Source of the DNA: an uncultured Gemmataceae bacterium
GTDB taxonomy: Bacteria; Planctomycetota; Planctomycetia; Gemmatales; Gemmataceae
Assembly (NCBI GenBank): GCA_963750165.1
Contig: CAVVPN010000003.1
Location: forward strand, 960,001-1,024,000
Reading direction: 5' to 3'
Length of the DNA stretch: 64,000 nucleotides
This document shows positions 18,775-29,159 of this stretch, piece after piece; positions within the stretch are counted from its first letter, which is position 1, and every line of letters begins with the position of its first letter. The notes beneath the pieces are model-generated. The model made no database searches. It saw only the letters and a list, made by a program, of their open reading frames with translations, and was not told where the DNA came from. The translations under genes were made by a program, and so were the position numbers.

Positions 18775-21700
18775 TCAGCGCTCACTCTTCACGCACTTCC
18801 CTACCGGCAACCGCAGCGTGCGCTCCAATTCCTCCAGCTGCTGCCGCAGTTCAGCGTCGTCCGGCCGCAGCCGCACTGCCTCGCGTTGCGTCAGCAGCGC
18901 CTGCGCCCGCTTGCCGGCCAGATACTCCGCCGCCGCCAACCAGTGCAGCGTCAGCGCGTCCTGACGTTTGCCCAGCGCCGCCGCCCGCGTCAGATCGCCG
19001 AGCGCGGCGCCGCCGCCACGCTCCAGCCGCACCCGGCCGCGCACGTACAGTGCCCGCGCGTCATCGCGGAACAGCGCCAGCGCCCGCTCCGCATCCGCCA
19101 GTGCCGCCGTCAGCTTGCCGCGCTCCAGCGCCAGCAGGCCGCGCAGCCCGAACGCCGGCCCGACCTCAACGCCGCTGGCGAACGACGCCCGCAGCAGTGC
19201 CTCGACCCGCGCTGCGGCGCTCCCTTCCTGGTAAGCGCGCTCCGCGCACACCAGCATATCGACCGCCTGACCGCAGGCGCTCGCCCGGGATGGCGCCGGC
19301 TTCAGCGCCGCCAGCAGGTCCGCCCGTCGCCGGCCGAGCGCCAGTACCAGCGCCTGCGTTTCCTGCAACGGCGCAGCGACCGCCGCCAGCGCCTTGACCT
19401 TTTCCGCCTCCGCGAGTGCCTGCCCCAGCTGCCCCAGCGCCAGATGGGCTTTCAGCAAGCCGTGCAGCACGTCGGCAGCGCGGTCGGCGCGGTCCAGGTG
19501 AAAGACGGCCTTCGTGAACTCGCCGCGGTGCAGGTGAATCAGCCCGAGGATGCGCTGCGCCTGTGGGCTGAACTTTTGCGCCGCGCCCGCTGCGCCAGGT
19601 CAAAGGCGTCCTCGTAACGACCCAGCCGCAGGTGCCAGTCCGCCGCCTGCACCAGCCCCGCCACGTCCTCGCCAACCACCACGGTGTAACGCCGCAGATA
19701 CGGTAGCGCCTCCTCGGGCCGCTTCGCGCGCAGTTCCAACCGCACCAGCGCCCGCAGCACCTCCGCCGCCTGGCCGTCCGCTTTCAGCGCCTGCCGATAC
19801 GTCGCCCGCGCGTCGTCGAGCTGGCCCAGCCGCTCCTGCACCGCCGCCTTGAACTGCAGCGCCTCCACGCCGGACACACCGTCCACGTCCGCCTTCTCCG
19901 CCAGCTCCAGGAACGCCAGCGCCTGGTCGTGCCTGTCCAGCCGCGCCGCACTGCGGGCCAGCTGCACCAGCGCCGCCGCCCGGATGGTGCGATCCTTCGC
20001 CTTCGTCAGCGGCCCCAGCACCTGCCGTGCCCCGTCGTGGTCGTCGCGCTTGACGCGCACCGCCCCCAGCGCTACCGCGTACTTTTGCTGCTGCGGGAAG
20101 CGCCGCACCATGACCCGGTACGCCGCCTCCTCCTCGGCCAGGTCCGCGGCGCTGCGCACGGTCAACTCCCACAGCGCCGCGTCGTCGGGGTGGAAGAGCC
20201 GCGCCCACGGCAGCATCCGGCGGGCGTACTCGGGCTCGTCGTGCTCCAGGTACAGCCGGGCCAGCACCGCGGCGCTGACGCGGTCGCCCGGCGCCAGGAT
20301 CACGTGCGTCAGCAGCCGCGGCGCGTCGGCCCACAGCCGTGTCGGTGTCAGCGTCAGCCAGACGCGCCAGACCTTGTTCACGTCCTCGTGAAACTTGCGG
20401 AACGCCGCGAAGTCCGCCGGCAGCACACGCGAGCGCTCCATGCGCAGCCGAAACTCCAGCTCCAGCCGCCGCGGCGTCGCGCGGTCGTACGTCACGCGCA
20501 CCGAAAACTCGCCCCACTTCGAGCGCAGCGTGTGGCCGCGCGGCACGCCGTCCAGCCGGTACGCGGTCGGCAGTTCGATGCGGTAGCGGTGGACGGACTC
20601 GAATGGCGCGTCCAGTTCCAGCGGCGCGGTGCGTTCGTAGTCGAGCGTGTACGCCAGCAGCCGCGACCAGACGCTGCTGTCGCTGAAGTTGCCCTCGCGG
20701 TCCGGTTCGCCGCTGAAGTGCCCGGGAATCTCGAACGCCATCTCCGCCCGCACCGGCCCGTCGTGGCTGCGCAGGTCCATGTCGTTGACCGACAGCGACC
20801 GCAGCCGCGTCTTCGGATAGGCGTCCTGCAGGGCACTGACGACGCCGCGGCGGCGCTCTCCGGGGGCCGCCTCCAGCCAGCGGTCGCGCTGGTGCAGCGC
20901 CGCCAACCCAAAGAACGTCTGCGACCGCCGCGCCTGCACGCTGCCGTCAGGCAGCACAGTCACGTCGGTGGTTTGTTCGAGCCGATTGTCGCGCCAGGTC
21001 AGCGCCGGTGTCCGCACCAGCTTGATTTCCCCCGCGCGCGTCAGGTAGGCGATGCGGTCGCGGTCGCCCGCGGGCAAAAAGTCCCAGCCGGCGTGCGCGG
21101 CGGTCGTGTCGATCCAGTGATGCTGGCCGTCGAGCTGCACCAGGAGGATGGCGTGCGTGCCCCAGGGCATCGGCACTTCCGGCAGCACCTGGCCGTCGTC
21201 GGCCGCCCCGAGCGTCACCAGCCAGACGAGCAGGCCGAGTTCCTGCAGCATTACCGCGAGCAGCTGGGCCTGGTCCTTGCAGTCGCCGAACAGGTTCGCC
21301 AGCACTCGAGCCGGCCGGTGCGGCGTGTAGCCGTGGCCCGCCCCCGCCGAGACGTAACGGATGCGCCGCCGCACCCAGTACGTCAGCGCCGCCGCTTTCT
21401 CGCGCGGCGTTTTCAGGTCCTTCGTCACATCCTGCACCACCTTGCGGATGGCCGGTGTACACTCCCAGCAATCGGCCCGCACCTTGTCTTTCCAGCGGCC
21501 GACCTCCGCCCATGATGGAAACGTCGAGAACGCCACCTGCAAGCGCAAATCCTCCTTCGACGGCAGATCGCTATCCGGCGGCAGCGCCGGCCGCCGCGTC
21601 GCCGTCCAGGTGTAGAGCCGCTGGCCGCCCGCGTCCGTGACGACCGGCTCGACGCGGCCGTTGACCGGGGCGCAGCGCAGCGGCTTGTCCTTCGGCAGCC

Positions 21701-22301
21701 GCACGCGCAGTTCTTCGCGCAGTGTTGGGTGGCGGTCGTCGCCGAAGCGGTAGCGCGAGAAGAAGTGGCCGTGGTACTCCGGGTTCTTGCCGCGCACCGT
21801 CCATTTGACCTCGATGATGTCGCCGATTTGCAGATTCGGGAAGGAGATGACGAGCTGCTTCTCGGGGTCGTAGACCTGGTAGTCGGTGCCCTGGTCGCGC
21901 AGTTGCACGTGCCGTGGTTCAATGGCGACGACGGTGCCGTCGGGCTTCAGGACGCGGGCGATGTTGAGGGTCAGTTTCTGGAAGGCCGGGTCATAGGAAA
22001 TGCTGCGGTACTCGCCGAGTTTGTCGATACCCTTGCGGCTGTTGAGGCGCGTGACCTCGTGCGAGACGGTTTCGACGGTGCCGTCCGGCTCGACGAAGTG
22101 CGTGGTGCCGAAGTAGAGGATGCACGCCGGGGCGTCTTCGAGGAAGTCGCGCGGCACCTGCTTGAGCACGGCGGCGTCGTGGCGGTACGGGACGGGCTCG
22201 CGCGACGGGCCGCGCGGCACCGGCCAGTCGTCGGCGCGGGCGGCCGCGGGGAGGAAGAGCGCGACACAACCGAGCAGCAGGGAAGCGCAGGGGGACCGCA
22301 T
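18775..22301 (-). CDS. DUF3857/transglutaminase-like protein with C-terminal TPR repeats (frameshift near 19580)
   Basis: Signal peptide; IRYV...GDCKD...H...WIDTT transglutaminase core. TPRs continue in the next frame (KFSPQAQRILGLIHLHRGEF...) into ORF 18775-19470. Confidence 0.8.
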
Positions 22302-22416
22302 CGGGGGGTCGCCTCAAAGGAGGTTGATCGGTTGGCGCGGCTGGGACCGCCCGCCGCCATTCTAACCGGAGACGAGGCCGGGGCAGAAGGGCTAACTCGG
22401 GACCGACGCGGCCGTG

Positions 22417-22901
22417 CTACTCCAGCAGCCGATCCAGTGCTTGCTCGAAGGAGAAGACCTCAACGGGGTCGGGCGGCTCACGGCGACTCTGTAGCGAGTG
22501 CCAGGGGCGCACGAGCCAGCAAACGCCCTCTTGCCAGATGTACGCCGCAGTGTCGCCGCGCGTGAATCGATACACCGGGGTTGGAATAGCCACGGGGAGC
22601 GAAGTGCAGTCGTCCTTGAAAAAACCGTTTCCCACGCGATCCATCCACGCGACGGCGGGGTGACTGCGATGTTCGGTGATCGGCTGATACAACTGCTCCC
22701 CGAGTTTTTGGGTCGCCGCCTCCAGTTCGCGCGGGTCGGGCCGGGGCAACTCGAGCGTGTCCGCGACGGTGAAGCACGCCCAGCCATCGCAAGATGGGCA
22801 TTGTGCTTCAACCTGCCAGTCCTCAGTGGCGCAACCTGCACCTTGAACTGAAAACGGCATCTGCGGCAGAATACTCGCTGGATGATGGGAGAATCGCTCA
22901 T
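22417..22901 (-). CDS. Hypothetical Zn-ribbon protein (probable frameshift near 22825)
   Basis: MSDSPIIQRVFCRRCRFQF in one frame and EDWQVEAQCPSCDGW in the next give two CxxC pairs. Confidence 0.4.
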
Positions 22902-23029
22902 GCTTTCAGTCGCTCTGTCCGCAGCCGCAACAAGGACTCGCAGGACACGCGCATCTATTTTCGCAGTCTCCCGGAAAAAAGGAATGGGGCACCGGATGTT
23001 CACCCGGCACCCCAACCTTTCCTGTCTTT

Positions 23030-23054
23030 CACTGACCACTGACCACTGTCTACT
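23030..23054. repeat. Heptamer tandem repeat (cactgac)n
   Basis: cactgac cactgac cactgtc tact at the 3' end of the DUF1573 gene. Confidence 0.6.
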
Positions 23055-24030
23055 TCGGCAACACCAACGCCCGCGCCACAAATTCAATGATCCCTTCCTG
23101 CGGCAAATCCGTCACGACCCGCAACGTCCGGTTGATCTCACCGGGCTGGTTCGGCTGCAGCGTCACGGTCAGCACATGAACGGTCTTGGCCTCGGTGGTG
23201 CTGTCGCGCACCTCCAGGTTCTTGTCCACGCCCTCGATGCTGATGATGCGGAACGGCGACACGCCGCGGACGATGACGCGCCGATCCGCCTGCTGGCCGG
23301 CCTTGAGCTGGCCCAGCGCCACCGTGCCGGGGCTGACGGTCAGGGCGGACTCGATCTCCACCGTCAGCGGCACGCGCAGCCGCGGCGTCCCGGGGTTGTT
23401 GGTCGTCAGCCACACGTCCGTGTACCAGCGGCCCGCCGGCGTGTCGGATCGCAGCTGGGTGGTCAGCGTGTAGGTCACCTCGGCGTTGTCGCGGCGCACC
23501 TGCGTCAGCGTCGGGTGCACGTAGTTGCTGTCGCTCTTGACGCCGGTGATCTGCCAACCGGTGTTGCCCGTGAATGAGATGGTCACCGCCGCGCTCGGCG
23601 TGGTGCCGCGGCGGACGCTGCCGAAGGTCAGGCCCTCCGGCTGCACGCTCACGTCGTCGCGGCTGTTGGCCTGCACCCAGAGGCGGACCTCCTCATAACG
23701 CGGCTGGCTGAAGGTGACGAAGATGGTGACGTTCTTGTGGCCGACGAAGCGGCGCGTGTCCATGTAGGCCAGGACGGCGGTCTCCTCGCCGGGGGCCAAG
23801 GTGCCCTTGAGGGCGGTCGCCGAGACGCACCCGCAGGAGACGCGGATGCCGGAGATGGTGACCACCTGGTCGGTTTTGTTGACCAGGCGGAACGGATGCT
23901 GCAGCGTGGGGCCGCGCGGCACCGAGCCGAAGTCGCGCGACAACTCGTCGAACAACTTGTCGGCCCACGAGGCCCGCGCCGACCCCACGGCACACAGGCC
24001 CAGCACGATGGCAAGACTGTAACGAAGCAT
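23050..24030 (-). CDS. DUF1573 domain-containing secreted protein
   Basis: Signal peptide; DFGSVPRG...HPFRLVN...ISGIRVSCGC. Confidence 0.88.
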   Translation of the reverse strand: MLRYSLAIVLGLCAVGSARASWADKLFDELSRDFGSVPRGPTLQHPFRLVNKTDQVVTISGIRVSCGCVSATALKGTLAPGEETAVLAYMDTRRFVGHKNVTIFVTFSQPRYEEVRLWVQANSRDDVSVQPEGLTFGSVRRGTTPSAAVTISFTGNTGWQITGVKSDSNYVHPTLTQVRRDNAEVTYTLTTQLRSDTPAGRWYTDVWLTTNNPGTPRLRVPLTVEIESALTVSPGTVALGQLKAGQQADRRVIVRGVSPFRIISIEGVDKNLEVRDSTTEAKTVHVLTVTLQPNQPGEINRTLRVVTDLPQEGIIEFVARALVLPK

Positions 24031-24334
24031 GTTGACCCTTCCCTGCTGGAAAGCGGCTCAGGGGCGGCCCGGCGCCGTGAACGTTTCGGGAACGACCCCG
24101 AAAGGCGCGTACGAAGCGGGCCGCCACCGTCGAGCCACTATTTCTATTCCCCCCATCGGCCGCGGTGTCAAACCGACGGGAGGCCGACCGGGCGGTCTGC
24201 GCAAAATCCGCGCAGCTAGATCTGCGCGACGGGGGCAGACGGCACTTCACTCACGGTTTGCCAAGGCACCTGCGGATGCCGTGGTGTTTTCCTGATGAGA
24301 GCGCCCGCGTTGCTCAGGCCGCCCCGGCGCCGCC

Positions 24335-24350
24335 TGGCACGACCTATGCT
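24335..24350 (+). promoter_or_regulatory. Candidate sigma54 (-24/-12) promoter
   Basis: TGGCAC-GACCT-ATGCT gives GG-N10-GC spacing, about 130 bp upstream of the DedA gene. Confidence 0.5.
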
Positions 24351-24477
24351 TTCAGCAGGGCCGGGGCCGGCAAGTTGCCCTTTGCACGGGGCGGTAAAAC
24401 CATTACCCTTTACCAAAGTAACCCACACCCCGACAGCCCCCTTGCGTATCCGTTTACTCCAGGCAGGAAAAGCGTTC

Positions 24478-25350
24478 ATGACGGCAACCCCGCACTCCCG
24501 GCGTGGCACCAGGCTGCTGGCCTGGGCGCTGTTGTTCTGGCTCGCCTTCGGCGGCGTGGCGCCGGCGCTGGCGGACGGCAACCCCAAGGACGCCAGCGTC
24601 TCGGCCGCGGAACCGCCGGCCAACTTCTTCGTCCAGGTGGCCCGCAACCTGTTCGACAGCAAGGCCCTGCTGCGCACGCTCGGCCAGAAGGAGTTCGCCG
24701 TCTCCGCCTTCCTCGTGCTTAACGTGATCGTCTTCACCGAGACGGGCCTGCTGGTCGGCTTTTTCCTGCCGGGCGACTCGCTGCTGGTGACCGCCGGCCT
24801 GGTGTGCGCCGAGTCGAACGGTGCCTGGAGCCTGCCACTGCTGCTGGGCACGCTGTCGCTGTCGGCTATCGTCGGCGACAGCCTCGGCTACGCCATCGGC
24901 TACAAGACCGGCCCGAAAATCTTCAAGCGCGAGAAGTCGCTGCTGTTCCACAAGGACCACCTGCTCAAGGCGCAGGCGTTCTACGAGCAGCACGGCGGCA
25001 AGACGATCATCCTGGCGCGGTTCATGCCGATCCTGCGGACGTTCGCGCCGGTGGTGGCGGGCGTTGGTCGAATGGAGTACCGGCAGTTCGTGTTCTTCAA
25101 CGTCTTCGGCGGCATTGGCTGGGTGTGCAGCATGGTGCTGCTGGGGTACTTCCTGCCGTCGCTGATCGAGCCACCGCTGCGGCAGCTCTTCGGCCCCGAA
25201 TTCTCGGTGCAGGAGCACCTGGAAAAGGTGATCGTGCTGGTGGTGCTGGCGTCGGTGGCGCCGGGCGGCATCGTCTGGCTGCGCAGCAAGCTCAAGGGCA
25301 AGGCACCGCCGACCACGGAGGCGACGACGCCGGAACAGGTGTCGGCCTGA
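24478..25350 (+). CDS. DedA/VTT family membrane protein with an N-terminal signal-like extension
   Basis: IVFTETGLLVGFFLPGDSLL, GDSLGY, LARFMPILRTFAP. Confidence 0.9.
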   Translation: MTATPHSRRGTRLLAWALLFWLAFGGVAPALADGNPKDASVSAAEPPANFFVQVARNLFDSKALLRTLGQKEFAVSAFLVLNVIVFTETGLLVGFFLPGDSLLVTAGLVCAESNGAWSLPLLLGTLSLSAIVGDSLGYAIGYKTGPKIFKREKSLLFHKDHLLKAQAFYEQHGGKTIILARFMPILRTFAPVVAGVGRMEYRQFVFFNVFGGIGWVCSMVLLGYFLPSLIEPPLRQLFGPEFSVQEHLEKVIVLVVLASVAPGGIVWLRSKLKGKAPPTTEATTPEQVSA

Positions 25351-25359
25351 GCAGTGGGA

Positions 25360-25434
25360 CCGGACAATGACGAACCCCGTTTTTAGTTTCGCGCTGCCCG
25401 CGCGAAACTAAAAACGGGGTTCGTCGTTGTCCGG
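25360..25434. repeat. Long hairpin (REP-like or bidirectional terminator), ccccgttt..tttcgcgc family
   Basis: Near-perfect inverted repeat between convergent genes; related copies at 50889 and 54415. Confidence 0.85.
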
Positions 25435-25438
25435 CGGT

Positions 25439-26398
25439 TTACTCCAGCCAGTCGGGACCGAGCACTTCCAGCCCGGCGGGTGTCAAGGCGGCGTTCCACG
25501 TCCGCATGGTCACGCTGCCGTTGACGCCGCGGACGCTGGCGTCGGCCATGAGGATTTGTACGGCCCCCGAATGGCCGCTGTTGAAGGTGAGCGGACTGCA
25601 GGAACCGCCAAGGCCCACGGTCGGGTGGACCTGCGGCAGCGGAAAACTCAGGGCGTTGCCGTTGTTCGGGTCGGCGACCTTCGCGGTGGGATACTCGCTG
25701 GCGAACGTGCCCGGGGCGAGGTTCGGCGGGTTGGTGGTCGTGTTGACGCCGGTCCAGTAGACAATCGGGTCGCCAGTCGTCAGGTTGATGGCCGGCCAGA
25801 CCATCCGCCCCGCGGTGGCGATATTGTTACCGTTCGGATCTGGACACAGGGCCATGAGTTCGCCGAACAACACGGTGTTACTCGTGCCGTCGCGGAAGGT
25901 GGACTTCAAGGATGGATAATTATTGGAGACGAACACCTGGCCGTTCTCGGCGTAGCTGGCCAGGTTCCAGCCGGCGCCTCCCTGACCGTCGTTGACGCCG
26001 CTGTAGTCCAGCGGGCAGATGAAGATTTTGATGGAGAGGGGGTGGCTGGAGCCGTTGTAGTAAGAACTTTGCTTGCTCAGCCCGGTCAGGGCGTTGTACG
26101 CATTCTCCTGCTCCAGGAACGGCAGCAGGGCCCAGAACACGGAAGTATTCACCAGATTGATGCTGCCGCGTGGGAAGTTGTAGCCGTGCAACGGCATGTA
26201 CTTGTACGTATTGTCGCAGTCATGGGCGGCCGTACCAAGGTTCTTCATGTTGTTGCGACACTGGGTCGCCGCCGCGGCTTCGCGGACCTTCTGGACCGCG
26301 GGCAAGAGTAAGCCGATGAGAATCGCGATGATGGCGATTACCACCAGCAGTTCAATCAGCGTGAAGCCGAAACGCCGGGCGGGAAGCGGCAAAGGCAT
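25439..26398 (-). CDS. DUF1559 / prepilin-type N-terminal cleavage protein
   Basis: [41 protein letters not shown]...MADASVR. Confidence 0.92.
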   Translation of the reverse strand: MPLPLPARRFGFTLIELLVVIAIIAILIGLLLPAVQKVREAAAATQCRNNMKNLGTAAHDCDNTYKYMPLHGYNFPRGSINLVNTSVFWALLPFLEQENAYNALTGLSKQSSYYNGSSHPLSIKIFICPLDYSGVNDGQGGAGWNLASYAENGQVFVSNNYPSLKSTFRDGTSNTVLFGELMALCPDPNGNNIATAGRMVWPAINLTTGDPIVYWTGVNTTTNPPNLAPGTFASEYPTAKVADPNNGNALSFPLPQVHPTVGLGGSCSPLTFNSGHSGAVQILMADASVRGVNGSVTMRTWNAALTPAGLEVLGPDWLE

Positions 26399-26593
26399 GG
26401 GAGTGGTTCCTGCTCGTGCGGGGGTAAAAACCATTTACGGTAAGTAGGTGAGGGGGATTTTACCCTGCAAGTCGCGGGGGAGCCAGCGTAAAGGCATGAA
26501 AAATAGTAAATGCGTAGGAAATGAAAATCCCTTGCTCCCCGACCGCCGTTCGAGAGGCGTTCGCGCGCGCCAGCCGCGCCCTCTTCGGGAAGG

Positions 26594-26755
26594 TCAACGC
26601 GATCGTTTCTTGATCTGTTCCCCTTCCTGCTGGCGGGCTTTTTTCAGGTTGTCGTACTCCTGCTTGCCGCGCTCCGGGTCCGGTTTGGTCTCTCCCTGGC
26701 ACCCCAGGACCAGCCCCAGCAGCACGGCACAGCTCCAGCCCAAACGACGCAACAT
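26594..26755 (-). CDS. Small lipoprotein
   Basis: MLRRLGWSCAVLLGLVLGC lipobox; GGAGG RBS; follows a DUF1559 gene. Confidence 0.7.
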   Translation of the reverse strand: MLRRLGWSCAVLLGLVLGCQGETKPDPERGKQEYDNLKKARQQEGEQIKKRSR

Positions 26756-26824
26756 GGCCGCCTCCGCCTCTCGAAAACGTGGCGGCAAGTTGGCGACTTG
26801 CCGCCACGCCAGGTCCGTTCGTGC

Positions 26825-27823
26825 TCAGTCCAGCAGTTCCAGGGTTTCGCCGCCGGCGCGACTGCCCACGGCCGTCCAGGTGGCCTGGTCCACACCGCTG
26901 GACACGAAGCGAACACTGCCGTCGCTCATGAGCACGTTGGCGCCGCCGGGGTGCCAGCTGCTCGCGGGCGATACCAGGTTCCACCAGTCGCCGTCGCTGA
27001 TCCCCCAGCAGGGGGCGTTGGGCGGCAGCAGATGGTTGTAGCCGGTGCGCCAGATGCTGCCCTCGCGCCAGGGGTAGCCGCGCCAGCGCCACGGTGGGCT
27101 CCAACCGCCAGCGTTGCCCGCCGTCTGCCAGTTCTGCGCCAGGAAGGCGGCCCGCGCCGTTGTGAGGTTCTTGGCTGGCGGCGTGCCGAACTCGAAGCAG
27201 TCCGTCTTCGGGTCGTTGGCCGCGGCGTCGCTGCCGGAGCTGAGGCAGACCTCGGCCATGGCAGCGGTGTTACTGGAGCCATCGCGGATGTCGGTGATCT
27301 TGACGAAGCCCGGCGAGGTGAAGCCGCTCGTCGGGTTGAAGTTGGGCGTGAAGACGCCGTCCCAGCCGTTGACGTAGGCCCAGGTGCCGTAGTTCGTGTG
27401 ATAGCTGGTCCAGCCGAACTCGTAGCCGTCGCCCTGCCGCGGGTCCGAGGGGCACAGGAACGTGGGGATGCGCGTCCGCCCGGCGACATCCCAGGCACTC
27501 ACCGGGCTGTTGTCCGAGGCGCCCGACGCCACCGCGGGGTTGATGCTGGTGGCGACGTTGTCCTGCTCGATGTAGGGCAGCAAGTAGGCCAGCGCGGAGG
27601 GGCCGTAGTCGTTGCTGTTGAACGAGGCACTGGGGAATTTTTTGTAGACGCTGTGGTAGTTGTGCATCGCCTTGCCGAGCTGGCTGAGGTTGTTCTGGCA
27701 CTTCGATCGGGCCGCCGCCTCGCGCACCTTCTGCACGGCGGGCAACAGCAGGCCGATGAGGATGGCGATGATGGCAATCACCACCAGTAACTCAATCAGC
27801 GTGAACCCTGTCCGTCGTCGCAT
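26825..27823 (-). CDS. DUF1559 / prepilin-type N-terminal cleavage protein
   Basis: [38 protein letters not shown]. Confidence 0.93.
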   Translation of the reverse strand: MRRRTGFTLIELLVVIAIIAILIGLLLPAVQKVREAAARSKCQNNLSQLGKAMHNYHSVYKKFPSASFNSNDYGPSALAYLLPYIEQDNVATSINPAVASGASDNSPVSAWDVAGRTRIPTFLCPSDPRQGDGYEFGWTSYHTNYGTWAYVNGWDGVFTPNFNPTSGFTSPGFVKITDIRDGSSNTAAMAEVCLSSGSDAAANDPKTDCFEFGTPPAKNLTTARAAFLAQNWQTAGNAGGWSPPWRWRGYPWREGSIWRTGYNHLLPPNAPCWGISDGDWWNLVSPASSWHPGGANVLMSDGSVRFVSSGVDQATWTAVGSRAGGETLELLD

Positions 27824-28020
27824 GTTTCACTGCCTTTCGTCCTGAAGGTTGTATAAGATAAACGACTTCAATGCCGGGAGCAATGCAGCAGCCCCATCCC
27901 CTGTGCCGGTGGTGTCTGGGTCGTAGAGGAGAAAGTTGATTTTACACCGGAAGCGGTGGTGTGCCAGGAAAAAGAGATGAAAAAGGGAAGATGAAAGCAA
28001 TTGTGAGAACGAATGGTCCG

Positions 28021-28902
28021 TCAGAACGGGATCGGCTCCGCCCGCAGCGCCGCCGCGAACGCTGGCCACGGCAGGTGCGGGAACCGCGTGCGCCAGCGTG
28101 TCGAGTCCAGGGAAGTGTCGCGCGGCCGCGGTTCGGCGGCGGCGACTGCGGCGCGGCTGGTCGGCACCAGGACCGCAGGGTCGGCGCCCAGGTGAACGGC
28201 CAGTTGCTGCGCCATCTCCAGACGGTTCAGGCGTTCGGGGCCGCCGAGATGTAGCAACCCAGTCACGTCCACGGGCAGCAGCGCCGCCAGTGCCTCCGCG
28301 GCGGTGGCCAGCGCCAGCGGCGTCCGCCATTCGTCGCTGAAGCACGCGATTGGCTGACGCTGACGCAGGGCGCGCACCTGCTCGTCGAAGAACGCCGGCC
28401 GGCCCGTCAGGCTGGGACCGTACAGCAAACTCAGCCGCACCACCAGGCCGCGCGGCGTGCCCAGCACGGCCAGTTCCGCATCGCGCTTGCTCTGACCGTA
28501 GACCGACAGCGGCGCGGGCGCGTCCGCTTCGCGATAACCGCCCTGCTCACCGTCGAACACCAGGTCAGTGGACACGAACACCAGGCGTACTCCCGCCGCG
28601 GCGCACAGGTCCGCGAGCAGGGCGGTGGCCTCGACGTTAACCCGACGGGCGCGGGCGGGGTCGCGGTGACAGGCGGCAACGCTGGCAAGGGCGGCGGCGT
28701 GCAACACGGCGTTGGGGTGGGCCGCGGCGAAGACGGCGCGCACGACGTCCGGCTGCGTCAGGTCGATGGGCTGCAGCGAAAAGCCGAACAGGTCGCCGCC
28801 GCGACTGCCGCTCCAGGCAGTGACGGCGTGCGGGCCGCCTTGCAGGTGGCGCAGCAGGTAGGCGCCGAGGTTGCCGCTGGTGCCGGTAATGAGAAGACGC
28901 AT
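28021..28902 (-). CDS. RmlD-like SDR (dTDP-4-dehydrorhamnose reductase family)
   Basis: ITGTSGNLG, STDLVFDG, YGQSK, PRP.DTSLD. Confidence 0.88.
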   Translation of the reverse strand: MRLLITGTSGNLGAYLLRHLQGGPHAVTAWSGSRGGDLFGFSLQPIDLTQPDVVRAVFAAAHPNAVLHAAALASVAACHRDPARARRVNVEATALLADLCAAAGVRLVFVSTDLVFDGEQGGYREADAPAPLSVYGQSKRDAELAVLGTPRGLVVRLSLLYGPSLTGRPAFFDEQVRALRQRQPIACFSDEWRTPLALATAAEALAALLPVDVTGLLHLGGPERLNRLEMAQQLAVHLGADPAVLVPTSRAAVAAAEPRPRDTSLDSTRWRTRFPHLPWPAFAAALRAEPIPF

Positions 28903-29159
28903 GGAGCCGTTCCGATCAAGTGCTGTGCCGGCTCTGACAAATTGGATTCACGGAAGTTGCAGCGCCGTCTTCAGGCAAGCGTCGAGTTGCGCCACCAGCG
29001 CATCCGAGAGTGTACCGGCATATTCAGCCAAAGGCACGAGGACAAATTGCTCGTGCGTGAGCGGATTAACGACGCGCGGCGGTGTGGACTCGGGTTTCCC
29101 CAGGGCTTGCACTTGCTCCTGAGTCAGTTCGATCCTGCGATTTCTTCTTTCTCCTTCGG

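Noticed and set aside
24291..24320. CTGATGAG as a hammerhead ribozyme core
   Set aside because: The following stem is not followed by GAAA, and no stems I/III are evident.
25439..27823. DUF1559 pair as a novel pilus system
   Set aside because: DUF1559 plus small-lipoprotein cassettes are a well-known, highly expanded planctomycete feature, and no assembly genes are present here.
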